Assembly (NCBI GenBank): GCA_035646955.1
Contig: DASROI010000030.1
Location: 1 to 63,627, forward strand
Reading direction: 5' to 3'
Origin: Pyrinomonadaceae bacterium
GTDB taxonomy: Bacteria > Acidobacteriota > Blastocatellia > Pyrinomonadales > Pyrinomonadaceae
DNA length: 63,627 nucleotides
The notes beneath the pieces were generated by a model. That model worked only from the letters and a program-made list of their open reading frames with translations. It was not told the origin of the DNA and did not search any database. Positions 45,551 through 55,062 of this stretch are shown here, one piece after another. The position numbers and the translations under genes were made by a program. Numbering within the stretch: the first letter of the stretch is position 1; each line of letters starts with the position of its first letter.

Positions 45551-45552
45551 AT

Positions 45553-47124
45553 TCAATTTGCGGCAGTACTGCGGGCTACCGGCGATGTAAAAGTGATCTC
45601 AATTCGACGATTCTTCGTTCGGCCGGCGACAGTGGTATTAGGCGCAACAGGATTTGAGGCACCCATACCATTCGCTTGAATCTTTCCTGGATCTACGCCA
45701 GCAGTCTGAAAGCGATCAGACAAAACACGAGCCCGTTCCTGTGTCAGTTGCTGCAACGAGACTTCGTCTCCTTTGCTGTCCGTATAGGCCTCGATCAGAA
45801 TTTGATAGTCTGGATTGCTTGCTAGTAGCGCGGCAAGTGGCTCCAATTTGGCCGAGGCCGAGGAGGCCAGGGTTGCGTTTCGAGCCCCGGCCCACATGGT
45901 TTCAGGCAACACCAGACGAAAGCCGGTAGCAGTCTCTTTAAGTGTTCCGAACTTCGAGAGTGTTTGCTTGAGATTCGCTTCGGAAGCGCGACGCTCCTGC
46001 GCTCGTCGTTCTGACTCGACGCGAGCTGTCTCCGCCTGTTTTTCACCTTCCAGGCGAGCCAATTTTAGTTTTGCCGATTCACTTTCCGATCGCAGTGACT
46101 GCAATTCGTCACGCAACTGCGCAATCTCGACTCGTTTTTCGCGGAGTTGATCATTAGCAGTACCGGCGTCTCTCTCTGCTAATTCACGAGCGCGCTGTTC
46201 TTTTTCAAGTGCAGCCCTCAGCTGGGCCACTTCGCGCTGAGATTCGTCGGCTGTCTTTTCCGCCGAGCGCACTGCTTCATCTCTTCGTCTGATTTCATCG
46301 CGCTGTAACCTCGCTGCTTTGCGTGCGTACGCCACTTCTTCAGCGTGAGCACCGGCTGAAGTAGCTGAGCGGGCTTCCATATCAATTTCAGAGACCGGTT
46401 GATTCAAGCGCCATTTCTTCTCCGCTGACTGTAGTTGGTCCTCAGCAATTTGTAATTCATCTGGCGCCTCTTGTGACGCGCCCGCGTACTTGGCGAGGTT
46501 GACTGCTTGTCGCGCTCCCAGTAATGAGACTGGCGTCAGCCTGTAATCAGCATCGGCAATCTCGGGCACGCGCGCATTTCGAAAATAATCACTTGAATTG
46601 CCGATGTATCTAACGTCTGCAGTGGCGATTTGACTTCCATTGGGTTGGGTAGGTGGTAAGTTCTCCATGACCACCATCCGACTTGGAACCTTCATCAAGA
46701 AATGTGGTTCCGCAGTCAAAATCAACGCAAATGTTTGAAGCGGCGTCGTAACATCCAACTTCGAGTCGACAAACGAACTGCCACTCCGTTTGATCTCACC
46801 CAGGTTATCGACGTGTCCATCTGGTGAGATGGCCCACAAGACGTACGTGGTGTAAATGCCACCTAGTTCGGAGGCCCTTGGAAGATCGTCAATGTGCAGT
46901 TCGACCCTGGTTCCACGGCGACCAGCTCGCTTGACCTTAGCTTCGCCCTTTAGACGGGGAAGCAGCGTGGTGCCTCGAAACTTTACAGTCACGGTTTCAT
47001 CGAGGGGATAAGTGATTGCAACAGTCTTTCTTTCGAGATCACTTTGAGCGAAGCCAAATGCCGACCACACCAAACAGATGACCGCTACCAGAGCGAGTTT
47101 TCGATGAGACAGTCTTAAACTCAT
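45553..47124 (-). CDS. OmpA-family protein with long central coiled coil
   Basis: 523 aa with a signal peptide and a ~130-aa Glu/Arg/Ala-rich coiled coil. C-terminal OmpA domain: IEAYTDSKGDEVSLQQLTQERARVLSDRF..NRRIEITF. Confidence 0.85.
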   Translation of the reverse strand: MSLRLSHRKLALVAVICLVWSAFGFAQSDLERKTVAITYPLDETVTVKFRGTTLLPRLKGEAKVKRAGRRGTRVELHIDDLPRASELGGIYTTYVLWAISPDGHVDNLGEIKRSGSSFVDSKLDVTTPLQTFALILTAEPHFLMKVPSRMVVMENLPPTQPNGSQIATADVRYIGNSSDYFRNARVPEIADADYRLTPVSLLGARQAVNLAKYAGASQEAPDELQIAEDQLQSAEKKWRLNQPVSEIDMEARSATSAGAHAEEVAYARKAARLQRDEIRRRDEAVRSAEKTADESQREVAQLRAALEKEQRARELAERDAGTANDQLREKRVEIAQLRDELQSLRSESESAKLKLARLEGEKQAETARVESERRAQERRASEANLKQTLSKFGTLKETATGFRLVLPETMWAGARNATLASSASAKLEPLAALLASNPDYQILIEAYTDSKGDEVSLQQLTQERARVLSDRFQTAGVDPGKIQANGMGASNPVAPNTTVAGRTKNRRIEITFTSPVARSTAAN

Positions 47125-47293
47125 AACAAACCTACTCCTGATATTCCTTCAATTTCATTATTACTGCAGTTCGGGGAGGTTATTTAGAACAACGCTCAAT
47201 GTCTTGATGCAATAGACGAAGGCATTGTTGCCGAAGGATTTAAGCAGGTCAAGTGAATGTTTCGGGTTAAGCCAGCTTTAGCCTTTGATGTTT

Positions 47294-47479
47294 GCCTTTC
47301 ATTCTCCCCAAGCTTTAGATTGGAGTCGCGAGTCCGCCCTAGCTCTCACCAACCGTTTTAACAGTTTTCGCGAATTCACCTTACATCACCGATCTTGCTA
47401 TAAAGGGGGAAACGTTGAAACGGTTTCACCCAGGCAATAGTGATGACCCCAGCTGAAGCATGGGGGGCGAATGAGAGGC
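47294..47479. repeat. long imperfect nested inverted repeat (potential ~185-nt hairpin)
   Basis: The outer arms (47294-47318, GCCTTTCATTCTCCCCAAGCTTTAG, and 47453-47479) pair over about 23 positions. The inner arms are AACCGTTTTAAC (47351-47362) and GTTGAAACGGTT (47414-47425), which pair at 11/12 positions. Confidence 0.6.
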
Positions 47480-47500
47480 CTTACTCCAAGGTGAAGCCCG

Positions 47501-47674
47501 CTAAGACTTATTAGACAGTGAGCGTTGGTATTTAGTCTTCCGGTAGGCTGCGATCTGAATCACCAGGAAGGCAAAGCCTGCGAGCAAAAGCATATGGACC
47601 CAGCCACGCTTGTGGACCAAAAACGCCAACACAAACCACAGCGCAATCAATCCTGAGCTAAGCCACCAGAGCAT
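47501..47674 (-). CDS. small two-TM membrane protein, lmo0937/DUF5670-like (57 aa; below ORF-track cutoff)
   Basis: Manual translation gives MLWWLSSGLIALWFVLAFLVHKRGWVHMLLLAGFAFLVIQIAAYRKTKYQRSLSNKS. It resembles the MLWxxxxxLxxLWxxG...G..H.LL pattern of that family (from memory). It lies 34 nt downstream of the OmpR-type gene, with no obvious SD. Confidence 0.5.
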   Translation of the reverse strand: MLWWLSSGLIALWFVLAFLVHKRGWVHMLLLAGFAFLVIQIAAYRKTKYQRSLSNKS

Positions 47675-47708
47675 AAGGTCTTTATAAAAAGGAGCAGGGT
47701 AATCAAAG

Positions 47709-48440
47709 TCAGGGTGATTCGTTCAACTTATAACCAACTCCCCGAACGGTGAGCACATAACGAGGATTTTTGGGGTCAGTCTCCAGTTTCTTTCTTAGTC
47801 GATTGATATGAGGATCAATATTCCGCTGATAACCTTCGTAGTCAGTGCTCCAAACCCGATCGAGCAGTGCGTTTCGCGACCATGCTCTCCCAGGCTCGGA
47901 AGCGAGTAACTCGAGAATCTGAAATTCGAGCGGGGTAAGATCAATGCGCGAACCCTCTCGCAAAACTTCATGACGGCGCTTGTCAATAATCAAGTCGCCA
48001 ACTTCGATCCGTTCCTCATCGATGGATTCGGTGGTAACAACACCACCCCTCCGAAGTAACGCTTCAACTCGGTACTCAAGTTCTCGAGGACTGAAAGGCT
48101 TCGCAAGGTAATCATCAGCTCCGGCCTCGAAGCCGGCGACCTTGTCGGCAAGTGCGTCGTGAGCCGTTAAAAAGAGAGTGGGCGTTTGGACCCCGCGGTC
48201 ACGGACACGCTTTAGCAACTCGAGTCCAGACATACCTGGCATGGAGACGTCGAAGATAAAACAATCGAACCGGTTGGCCATCGCTGCTTCCAGCGCCGCC
48301 AATCCGCTCTCTTTTTCGTCCACCTGAAAGCCAAGCCGGCGAAAATACTCCGCCAGGAGCAGACGCATATCCGTATCATCGTCTGCAATGAGAAGGCGCT
48401 TGCCCGCGTACTTACTGTTTAATTGTGCCTGCTGTGCCAA
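47709..48440 (-). CDS. OmpR-family response regulator (no adjacent kinase)
   Basis: 243 aa with a TTG start. Receiver: LLIADDDTDMR, FIFDVSMPGMSGLE. Winged helix: LTPLEFQILELLASEPGRAWSRNALLDRVW, VRGVGYKL. Confidence 0.9.
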   Translation of the reverse strand: MAQQAQLNSKYAGKRLLIADDDTDMRLLLAEYFRRLGFQVDEKESGLAALEAAMANRFDCFIFDVSMPGMSGLELLKRVRDRGVQTPTLFLTAHDALADKVAGFEAGADDYLAKPFSPRELEYRVEALLRRGGVVTTESIDEERIEVGDLIIDKRRHEVLREGSRIDLTPLEFQILELLASEPGRAWSRNALLDRVWSTDYEGYQRNIDPHINRLRKKLETDPKNPRYVLTVRGVGYKLNESP

Positions 48441-48681
48441 ATCTTGATCCTGCCGGGGATAGGGATCTACGAACCAGTACCCGAATTGTCCAGAGATTAT
48501 AACTCACGCCACAAATAGCCAACCGGAAACATACAGCGCATACTAACATGCGAAACAGAAGGACAGGGAAATGTGTCAGCCTTGACGCAATTAAGTAGGG
48601 GTAAGTATATTTTCTCCTTAGACTTTGGGCCGACTTCTACCCTTCCTTATAGCAACTGAACAGAGCCCTTCGCAACCAGAG

Positions 48682-50490
48682 ATGAGTGATCTTCGGCGCC
48701 TGCTAAAGTATTTAAGACCTCACTGGCCAGTTTTCACGCTCGCGACGATGTCGATGCTCATGGTCGGAATTCTCGAGAGCGCGATTGGCGCATTGATTGT
48801 TCCCATCTTTGATCAGGCGTTTGTTCAGAACGGCGGCCACCGAACTTCAACCCTGTTTGGACTGCAACGAATCATTCCGGAAGCTCCATTCGACGCGTTG
48901 AAGATGATCTCGATTTTGCTAATTGTCTTCACCCTGGCCAAGGGCGTTGCCGAATACCTCTCTACTTATTTGATGGCCCGCATTGGTCAATCCGCCGTCC
49001 TGAAACTCCGGCAGGACTTGTACAACCATGTACTGGCCCAATCAGCTACATTCTTCGAACGCCACCGCACAAACTATCTAGTCTCGCGATTAGTTTCCAG
49101 CGCAGCCGCTATCGAGACAGCGGTAACCAGCACTATCCGCGATATGCTTCGCGAAAGTTTTACATTGATCGCTTTTTTAACAGCCTCCTTTTATTACAGC
49201 TGGAGACTTACGCTCGGGTCACTCGCCATAGCGCCGATCATAGTTGTGCTGACTGCGAAGTTTGGCAAATCACTGCGCAACCTCGCGAGGGAGAGTTTCG
49301 AAGGTAGCAAGCGGTTGACCGATACCGCACAGGAAGCGCTCGCGAATCAGGGCATCGTCAAAGCGTATCGAGCAGAGAAAAGAGAGGCCAGCCGCTTCAC
49401 GATTGTGGCTCAAAGTATTGTCCGTGCAAACCTTCGTAGTGCCAGCATCGCCGGGATCTCGCCGCCGACAATCGAAATAATAGGAATTCTGTTTGCCGTT
49501 TTCCTGCTCTTTTTCGGACAGCGCGAAATTATCGCAGGTCGAATGAACCAGGCTCAGTTCCTGGCGTACATTTTCTTTCTGTTTCGCAGCTATGACCCGA
49601 TCCGCAAACTCTCAAGACTGCAAAACAGCATGGAACAAGCATTCGCGGCTGCTAATCACGTGTGGGAAGTGATGGACGAACACTCGGCTTTGAAGGAAAA
49701 ACCAGATGCTCGAGAATTAAAGCCGCTTAAGAAAGAGATCGTCTTAGACAATGTCTTTTTCGGTTACGACAACGAGTCACGCGCCGTGTTGCGCGGTGTC
49801 AAGCTGAACATTCCTGCTGGAGCAATGGTTGCACTCGTCGGCGAATCAGGGGGCGGCAAATCAACGCTCACAAAGTTATTGCCGAGGTTCCATGATCCAT
49901 CCTCCGGCTCGGTTCTCTGGGATGGAACTGACCTGCGAGACGTCACGCTTTCGAGTTTGAGGTCTCAAATTGCTCTCGTAACCCAGGAAACGGTGCTTTT
50001 CAACGATACCGTTCGGCATAATATCGCCTACGGGAAACCTGAAGCGAGTGACGCCGAAATTGAGGAGGCCGCGCGGATTGCCTTCGCACACGACTTCGTC
50101 AAAGAGATGCCGGATGGCTATAACACCATAGTTGGTGAGCGAGGCATCTTTCTGTCTGGAGGGCAGCGTCAGCGACTTGCAATCGCACGTGCGATCCTTG
50201 TTAATGCCCCGGTTCTGATTTTGGACGAGGCCACCTCAGCGCTTGACGCCGAGTCCGAAAGGCTAGTTCAAAGAGCAATCAGCAACCTGGTCCGAGATCG
50301 AACGACGATCGTTATAGCTCATCGCCTCTCGACGGTGAGACGCGCCGACCTCATTGTTGTGATGGCTGCCGGCAAAATTATTGAAATGGGCACTCATTCT
50401 GAACTTCTTAATCAGAACGGTAAGTATCGGAAGTTGTACGAACTTCAATTTGCAGATGAAGAGGAAATGCTGGCTGGTGTGCAAGAGTAA
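48682..50490 (+). CDS. ABC exporter, fused TMD-NBD (MsbA-like)
   Basis: The ORF track starts at the TTG at 48625; the ATG at 48682 (MSDLRRLLKYLRPHW) is the typical start. It has a six-TM domain, GESGGGKST, LSGGQRQRLAIARA and LILDEATSALD. Confidence 0.88.
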   Translation: MSDLRRLLKYLRPHWPVFTLATMSMLMVGILESAIGALIVPIFDQAFVQNGGHRTSTLFGLQRIIPEAPFDALKMISILLIVFTLAKGVAEYLSTYLMARIGQSAVLKLRQDLYNHVLAQSATFFERHRTNYLVSRLVSSAAAIETAVTSTIRDMLRESFTLIAFLTASFYYSWRLTLGSLAIAPIIVVLTAKFGKSLRNLARESFEGSKRLTDTAQEALANQGIVKAYRAEKREASRFTIVAQSIVRANLRSASIAGISPPTIEIIGILFAVFLLFFGQREIIAGRMNQAQFLAYIFFLFRSYDPIRKLSRLQNSMEQAFAAANHVWEVMDEHSALKEKPDARELKPLKKEIVLDNVFFGYDNESRAVLRGVKLNIPAGAMVALVGESGGGKSTLTKLLPRFHDPSSGSVLWDGTDLRDVTLSSLRSQIALVTQETVLFNDTVRHNIAYGKPEASDAEIEEAARIAFAHDFVKEMPDGYNTIVGERGIFLSGGQRQRLAIARAILVNAPVLILDEATSALDAESERLVQRAISNLVRDRTTIVIAHRLSTVRRADLIVVMAAGKIIEMGTHSELLNQNGKYRKLYELQFADEEEMLAGVQE

Positions 50491-50518
50491 ACCCGACCTG
50501 CAACTTTAAAGTAACGTT

Positions 50519-51397
50519 ATGAAATCAATGACCGGCTATGGCAGAGGGACAGTATCCGCAGACGACTTCTCCGTGTCTGTTGATCTCAAGACCGTCAACA
50601 ATCGTTTCCTCGACATTCACTTGCGTGTCGGCACCGAGTGGTCTTCACTTGAAGCCATAATCAAACGTCGAGTGAGTTCACGATTGTCGCGTGGCAGAGT
50701 CGACGTCGCAGTCAGCGTCGAACGCACGACGCAAACGGCCTACGAACTAAACCGACCGTTGATTGCGGGCTATGTTGCCGCGCTCCGACAAATGCAACAA
50801 GACTTTGGTATCGGTGGCGACATCGACATCAACGTACTCGCCCGAATTCCGGGCGCACTGCAGCCGGCGAAGAGTGGTCCGGATGAACGTATTGGTACAG
50901 CGCTGGAACAAGCTTTGGACGAGGGACTCGATGAGCTCGAGAAAATGCGCCAACAAGAAGGCGAGGCGCTACGCGTGGAGTTGCGTGAGCGCGTCGAGCG
51001 AATCGAAAGCCTGGTACCCACAATCGAGAGTGCTGCTGCTGGACTGGCAGATGCGTATCGGCAGCGACTCCAAAAACGAATTGCAGAGTTACTGAATCGC
51101 GGTGGACAGGTAGTTGAAATCGATCCGGCAAGATTGGCCCAGGAAGTTGCTTATCTTGCCGATCGCAGTGATGTGAGCGAAGAGATGGTTCGGCTTCGAA
51201 GTCATCTTTCCCAGTTCCAGGAAGCACTGGACGCGCAGGGAGAAACCGGTAAAATGCTCGACTTCTTATTACAGGAGCTGAACCGCGAAGCGAACACAAC
51301 CCTGTCAAAATCAACAGACTTGACGATTAAGGAAGCCGGCCTGGCAATCAAGGCGGAGGTCGAAAAACTGCGAGAACAGGTTCAGAATGTCGAGTAG
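50519..51397 (+). CDS. yicC: YicC-family protein
   Basis: 292 aa with N-terminal MKSMTGYGRG and C-terminal DVSEEMVRLRSHL...LLQELNREANTTLSKS. Confidence 0.88.
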   Translation: MKSMTGYGRGTVSADDFSVSVDLKTVNNRFLDIHLRVGTEWSSLEAIIKRRVSSRLSRGRVDVAVSVERTTQTAYELNRPLIAGYVAALRQMQQDFGIGGDIDINVLARIPGALQPAKSGPDERIGTALEQALDEGLDELEKMRQQEGEALRVELRERVERIESLVPTIESAAAGLADAYRQRLQKRIAELLNRGGQVVEIDPARLAQEVAYLADRSDVSEEMVRLRSHLSQFQEALDAQGETGKMLDFLLQELNREANTTLSKSTDLTIKEAGLAIKAEVEKLREQVQNVE

Positions 51398-52070
51398 AGT
51401 GACTGAGGTAGTCTCGCAAACAACAAACTCGGGTCGAGCTCCCCGAGGAACACTCTTCGTGGTGAGCTCGCCGTCGGGTGGCGGAAAAGGAAGCATCATT
51501 CGAAGGCTGCTTGACGTTGTGCGAGTGCCGAATCTAAGTTACTCTGTTTCCTACACTACTCGCGCGCCTCGTAACGGTGAAGTTGAAGGCCGCGAGTATT
51601 TCTTTGTAAATAGGAATAGTTTCGAAGAAATGGTCGCGGCCGGTGAGTTTTTGGAATGGGCCAATGTCCACGGGAACTTATACGGAACGGCAAAGCGACA
51701 AGTACTCGAAGAGACAGCAAATGGCGTTGACATAATCCTCGAGGTCGACGTCCAGGGCGCTGCCAGTGTTCGCAAGCTGCTGGTTGATTCCATTAGCGTT
51801 TTTATACTGCCGCCGTCTTACGAAGTGCTTCGCGAGCGATTGATAGCGCGCGGCACCGACTCGCCGCAGGAACTTGAGGTTCGGCTGCGTAATGCCCCTC
51901 AGGAACTCAGTCAATACACCGCGTTCGACTACGTCATCCTGAACGACCGCCTCGATCGCGCTGCTGCTCAACTTGCATCGATTATCGATGCGGAGCGAGC
52001 ACGCTGTGTCCGACAAGAGACTTTGGTTAACGCCGTTATCGAAGAATTTAAAGCAAGCGATCTAAAGTGA
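51387..52070 (+). CDS. gmk: guanylate kinase
   Basis: 227 aa with P-loop SSPSGGGKGS, YSVSYTTRAPRNGEVEGREYFFV and ILEVDVQGA. It sits in the conserved yicC-gmk-rpoZ order. Confidence 0.9.
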   Translation: MSSRVTEVVSQTTNSGRAPRGTLFVVSSPSGGGKGSIIRRLLDVVRVPNLSYSVSYTTRAPRNGEVEGREYFFVNRNSFEEMVAAGEFLEWANVHGNLYGTAKRQVLEETANGVDIILEVDVQGAASVRKLLVDSISVFILPPSYEVLRERLIARGTDSPQELEVRLRNAPQELSQYTAFDYVILNDRLDRAAAQLASIIDAERARCVRQETLVNAVIEEFKASDLK

Positions 52071-52095
52071 TCGATAGAAATTGAAAGGGATTAGC

Positions 52096-52344
52096 ATGCC
52101 GACATCGACTGAGCTGGAAAAAACTGAAGTGGAGACCCGCGAAACGCCAGAGGTAGACTCAAAATATCGATTGATAATTCTCGCGGCAAAACGTAGTAAG
52201 CAATTGCAGCGAGGCGCCCAACCTCGTATCGAAATTGATCCTCAAAAACATAAGCCGACCCGAATCGCTTTGGAAGAAGTTATTCGTGGTCGAGTCCATT
52301 TCACCATTAAACCTGACGGCCGTGGCCAGTCACCATCTGAATAG
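52096..52344 (+). CDS. rpoZ: DNA-directed RNA polymerase subunit omega
   Basis: The ORF track starts at the TTG at 52081; I prefer the ATG at 52096. DSKYRLIILAAKRSKQLQRGA is the RpoZ signature. Confidence 0.85.
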   Translation: MPTSTELEKTEVETRETPEVDSKYRLIILAAKRSKQLQRGAQPRIEIDPQKHKPTRIALEEVIRGRVHFTIKPDGRGQSPSE

Positions 52345-52350
52345 GATCGC

Positions 52351-54060
52351 CTACATCCCTTTATAATCCGGTCCCCCGCCACCCTCCGGTGTCACCCAGT
52401 TAATAATCTGGTAGGGATCCATGATGTCGCACGTCTTGCAGTGGACGCAGTTTGAAAAGTTTATCTGCAGGCGCTTTTTGCCTGTGACGCCATCGTCCAC
52501 CATCTCATAAACAGCGGCCGGGCAGAATCTTTGGCAGGGATTTCCAAACTCTTCGGCACACCTTGTCGAACAGATGTTTGTGTCCAATACATGTAGGTGC
52601 GCAGGCTGATCCTCGTCGTGCCCAACCGCAGCGTGATAGACATCCGTAACTTTGTTGAACGTAAGCATTCCGTCGAACTTGAGTCCATCGTAACGCTGCT
52701 CTAAACGGTCACCCCGATAACCGAACGATGATAGTTTCTTCATCACCAGGTGACCGGCATGAGCTTTTTCACGATCAAGAATTCCCCAGGCTCGACCGCC
52801 GGTAAAAAACTGAAGACCCGCATTTACTATTCCCGGCCACCTGCCCAGTTTAAATCCCGCATGGAAATTCCGGACCTTGCGCAACTCGGGAATAATCCAA
52901 CTGTCCTGCAATCCCTGCTCATAACTCTTGAGTTGCAACGCCGAGTAGTCCTGGGCTAGCAGCGCTTGAAAGATAGATTCCGCAGCGATCATTCCGCTCT
53001 TGATTGCCGAGTGAATACCTTTTAAGCGTTGCGAATTTAAAAGCCCGGCAGAGTCGCCCGTAATTAAAACTCCATCAGCAAATGTCCGCGGCATCGCAAA
53101 ATAACCACCGGCGGCGATCGTCTTGGCGCCATACCGAATCATCTTGCCCCCGTCGAGTAGTTTGGCGATATAGGGATGTGTCTTGTATTTCTGGAACTCG
53201 GCATGCGGATCCAGTAATGGATCCTTGTAATCAAGTCCAGTTACGTAACCGATGTTAAGAATGCGATTCTGCATTCCATAGATCCAGCCACCACCATAGG
53301 TCTGCGAGTCAGACGGAAAACCCAGAGTGTGAGTTACCCGGCCAGTCGGGTATCGATCATCGGGCAACTCCCAGAGCTCTTTGACTCCGAGGCTGTAAAC
53401 CTGTGGCTCCTTACCCTCGTCAAGACCAAGTCGGCCGATCAGCATCTTGGTAAGTGAACCGCGCGGTCCTTCACCCAAAACTGTAACCTTGGCTCGGAGG
53501 TCCACACCTGGTTCGTAATTAGCTTTCTGCTTCCCTTCCTTATCAATTCCTTTGTCACCGGTTCGTACGCCAACCACTCGATCGGAATCATCAAACAAGA
53601 GTTCAGCACCTGGAAACTCTGGAAAGATATTTACACCAGCCTCTTCGCACTTCTCACCAAGCCACGCAGTAAGACGGTTCAGCGAGACAATATAGTAGCC
53701 ATGGTTTTTCAAAGGAGGCGGAGTTATCGGAGACCGAATGGCGTGCTTTGCGGTCAGGTAAAAGAAAAAGTCTTCATTGACTGTCGACTCGAGCGGCGCG
53801 CCCTGTTCAACAAAATCGGGGATGAGTTCCTTGAGCGCCCGCGGATCCATTACAGCGCCGGAAAGGATATGAGCGCCAACCGTCGCACCTTTTTCTATCA
53901 CGGCAATCTCGACGTCCCCCAATGGTGGTCCAGGGTTTGAACCGCTCGCGACGGCTTGGTTGTGCTCTTTGATTAATTTGTTGAGGTGGAACGCGCCGCT
54001 CAAGTTAGCGGGACCAGCGCCGACAAATACCACATCAAACTCTAAAGTTTCACGTTCCAT
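52351..54060 (-). CDS. electron-transfer flavoprotein:ubiquinone oxidoreductase (ETF-QO)
   Basis: 569 aa with FAD motif FDVVFVGAGPANLSGA and the C-terminal 4Fe-4S region CPAAVYE...NCVHCKTCDI. Confidence 0.9.
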   Translation of the reverse strand: MERETLEFDVVFVGAGPANLSGAFHLNKLIKEHNQAVASGSNPGPPLGDVEIAVIEKGATVGAHILSGAVMDPRALKELIPDFVEQGAPLESTVNEDFFFYLTAKHAIRSPITPPPLKNHGYYIVSLNRLTAWLGEKCEEAGVNIFPEFPGAELLFDDSDRVVGVRTGDKGIDKEGKQKANYEPGVDLRAKVTVLGEGPRGSLTKMLIGRLGLDEGKEPQVYSLGVKELWELPDDRYPTGRVTHTLGFPSDSQTYGGGWIYGMQNRILNIGYVTGLDYKDPLLDPHAEFQKYKTHPYIAKLLDGGKMIRYGAKTIAAGGYFAMPRTFADGVLITGDSAGLLNSQRLKGIHSAIKSGMIAAESIFQALLAQDYSALQLKSYEQGLQDSWIIPELRKVRNFHAGFKLGRWPGIVNAGLQFFTGGRAWGILDREKAHAGHLVMKKLSSFGYRGDRLEQRYDGLKFDGMLTFNKVTDVYHAAVGHDEDQPAHLHVLDTNICSTRCAEEFGNPCQRFCPAAVYEMVDDGVTGKKRLQINFSNCVHCKTCDIMDPYQIINWVTPEGGGGPDYKGM

Positions 54061-54288
54061 TGCTCATGAGTTCCTGGGATGAGAGTAAAAATGAATGGTC
54101 ATTCAGTTTGGAGTATAGCAAAACGAAGCAAAGGCGCTAAACGCAGAATACTGAAGCTTCTATCGATCGTCATTTGGTTGCGCTGTGTCTTCGGGGTTGC
54201 AAACAACGGATAAAGATTACAGTGCGCTGGTTTTACCGAAATTCTTTGCAGCGATGAACGCATCCGTGGTGTAAACTTTCGCATCGTC

Positions 54289-55062
54289 ATGAAAATTTTG
54301 CTGCGGATCGGAATCGGAACATTGATCATTTTCGGGATTGCCGCGATCTGCATCTTCGCGTTCCGCTCAAAAGGCAAGGAGGAGACAGTTCGGAGTTCTC
54401 ATCTGCCTCAAATGATGATTTGGGCGTGGGAACGTCCTGAAGATTTAAAGTTCATTGATCCAGCAACTGTGGGAGTTGCCTATCTAGCCAAAACCCTTTC
54501 CCTCTCAGGACAAAAGGTCGTCACCCGTCCTCGATTGCAACCGCTCGAGCTGCCTCAAGGGACCGGCGTAGTTGCAGTCGTTCGAATCGAGTCAAACCGC
54601 CTTGACACTCCATCTCTGAAAGATGAGCAACTCAACCAGGTAATCGGCGAAATAACAAAACTGAAAGCTTCCAGTATTTCCTCGATTCAGATCGATTTTG
54701 ACGCCACTAAGTCTGAACGTACGTTCTATCGCAAACTCATTCTCGAACTAAGTAAACAGATCTCCCCGATGCCGCTTTCTATTACGGCACTCGCATCATG
54801 GTGTAGCGGCGACCAATGGTTGCAGGACCTGCCAATTGCTGAAGCCGTCCCCATGCTCTTTCGGATGGGGGTCGAGCGTGGTGCGTTCGCGTCGCGCCTG
54901 GCCAATGGTGCCTCGACGTTCACGGCTCCTTGCGACCGAGCCGCGGGAGTCTCAACCGATGAATTGATCTCTCCACCAAAGGTAGACCGGCTCTACGTCT
55001 TCAGTCCAAGACCCTGGACGCCAGCATCCCTCAAAAAAGCAATGGAGGATTTCAAACGATGA
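54289..55062 (+). CDS. membrane-anchored protein of unknown function (tentatively DUF3142-like)
   Basis: 257 aa with an N-terminal TM helix. MIWAWERPEDL and IQIDFDATKSERTFYRKLILEL...LSITALASWC resemble my recollection of DUF3142. Confidence 0.55.
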   Translation: MKILLRIGIGTLIIFGIAAICIFAFRSKGKEETVRSSHLPQMMIWAWERPEDLKFIDPATVGVAYLAKTLSLSGQKVVTRPRLQPLELPQGTGVVAVVRIESNRLDTPSLKDEQLNQVIGEITKLKASSISSIQIDFDATKSERTFYRKLILELSKQISPMPLSITALASWCSGDQWLQDLPIAEAVPMLFRMGVERGAFASRLANGASTFTAPCDRAAGVSTDELISPPKVDRLYVFSPRPWTPASLKKAMEDFKR

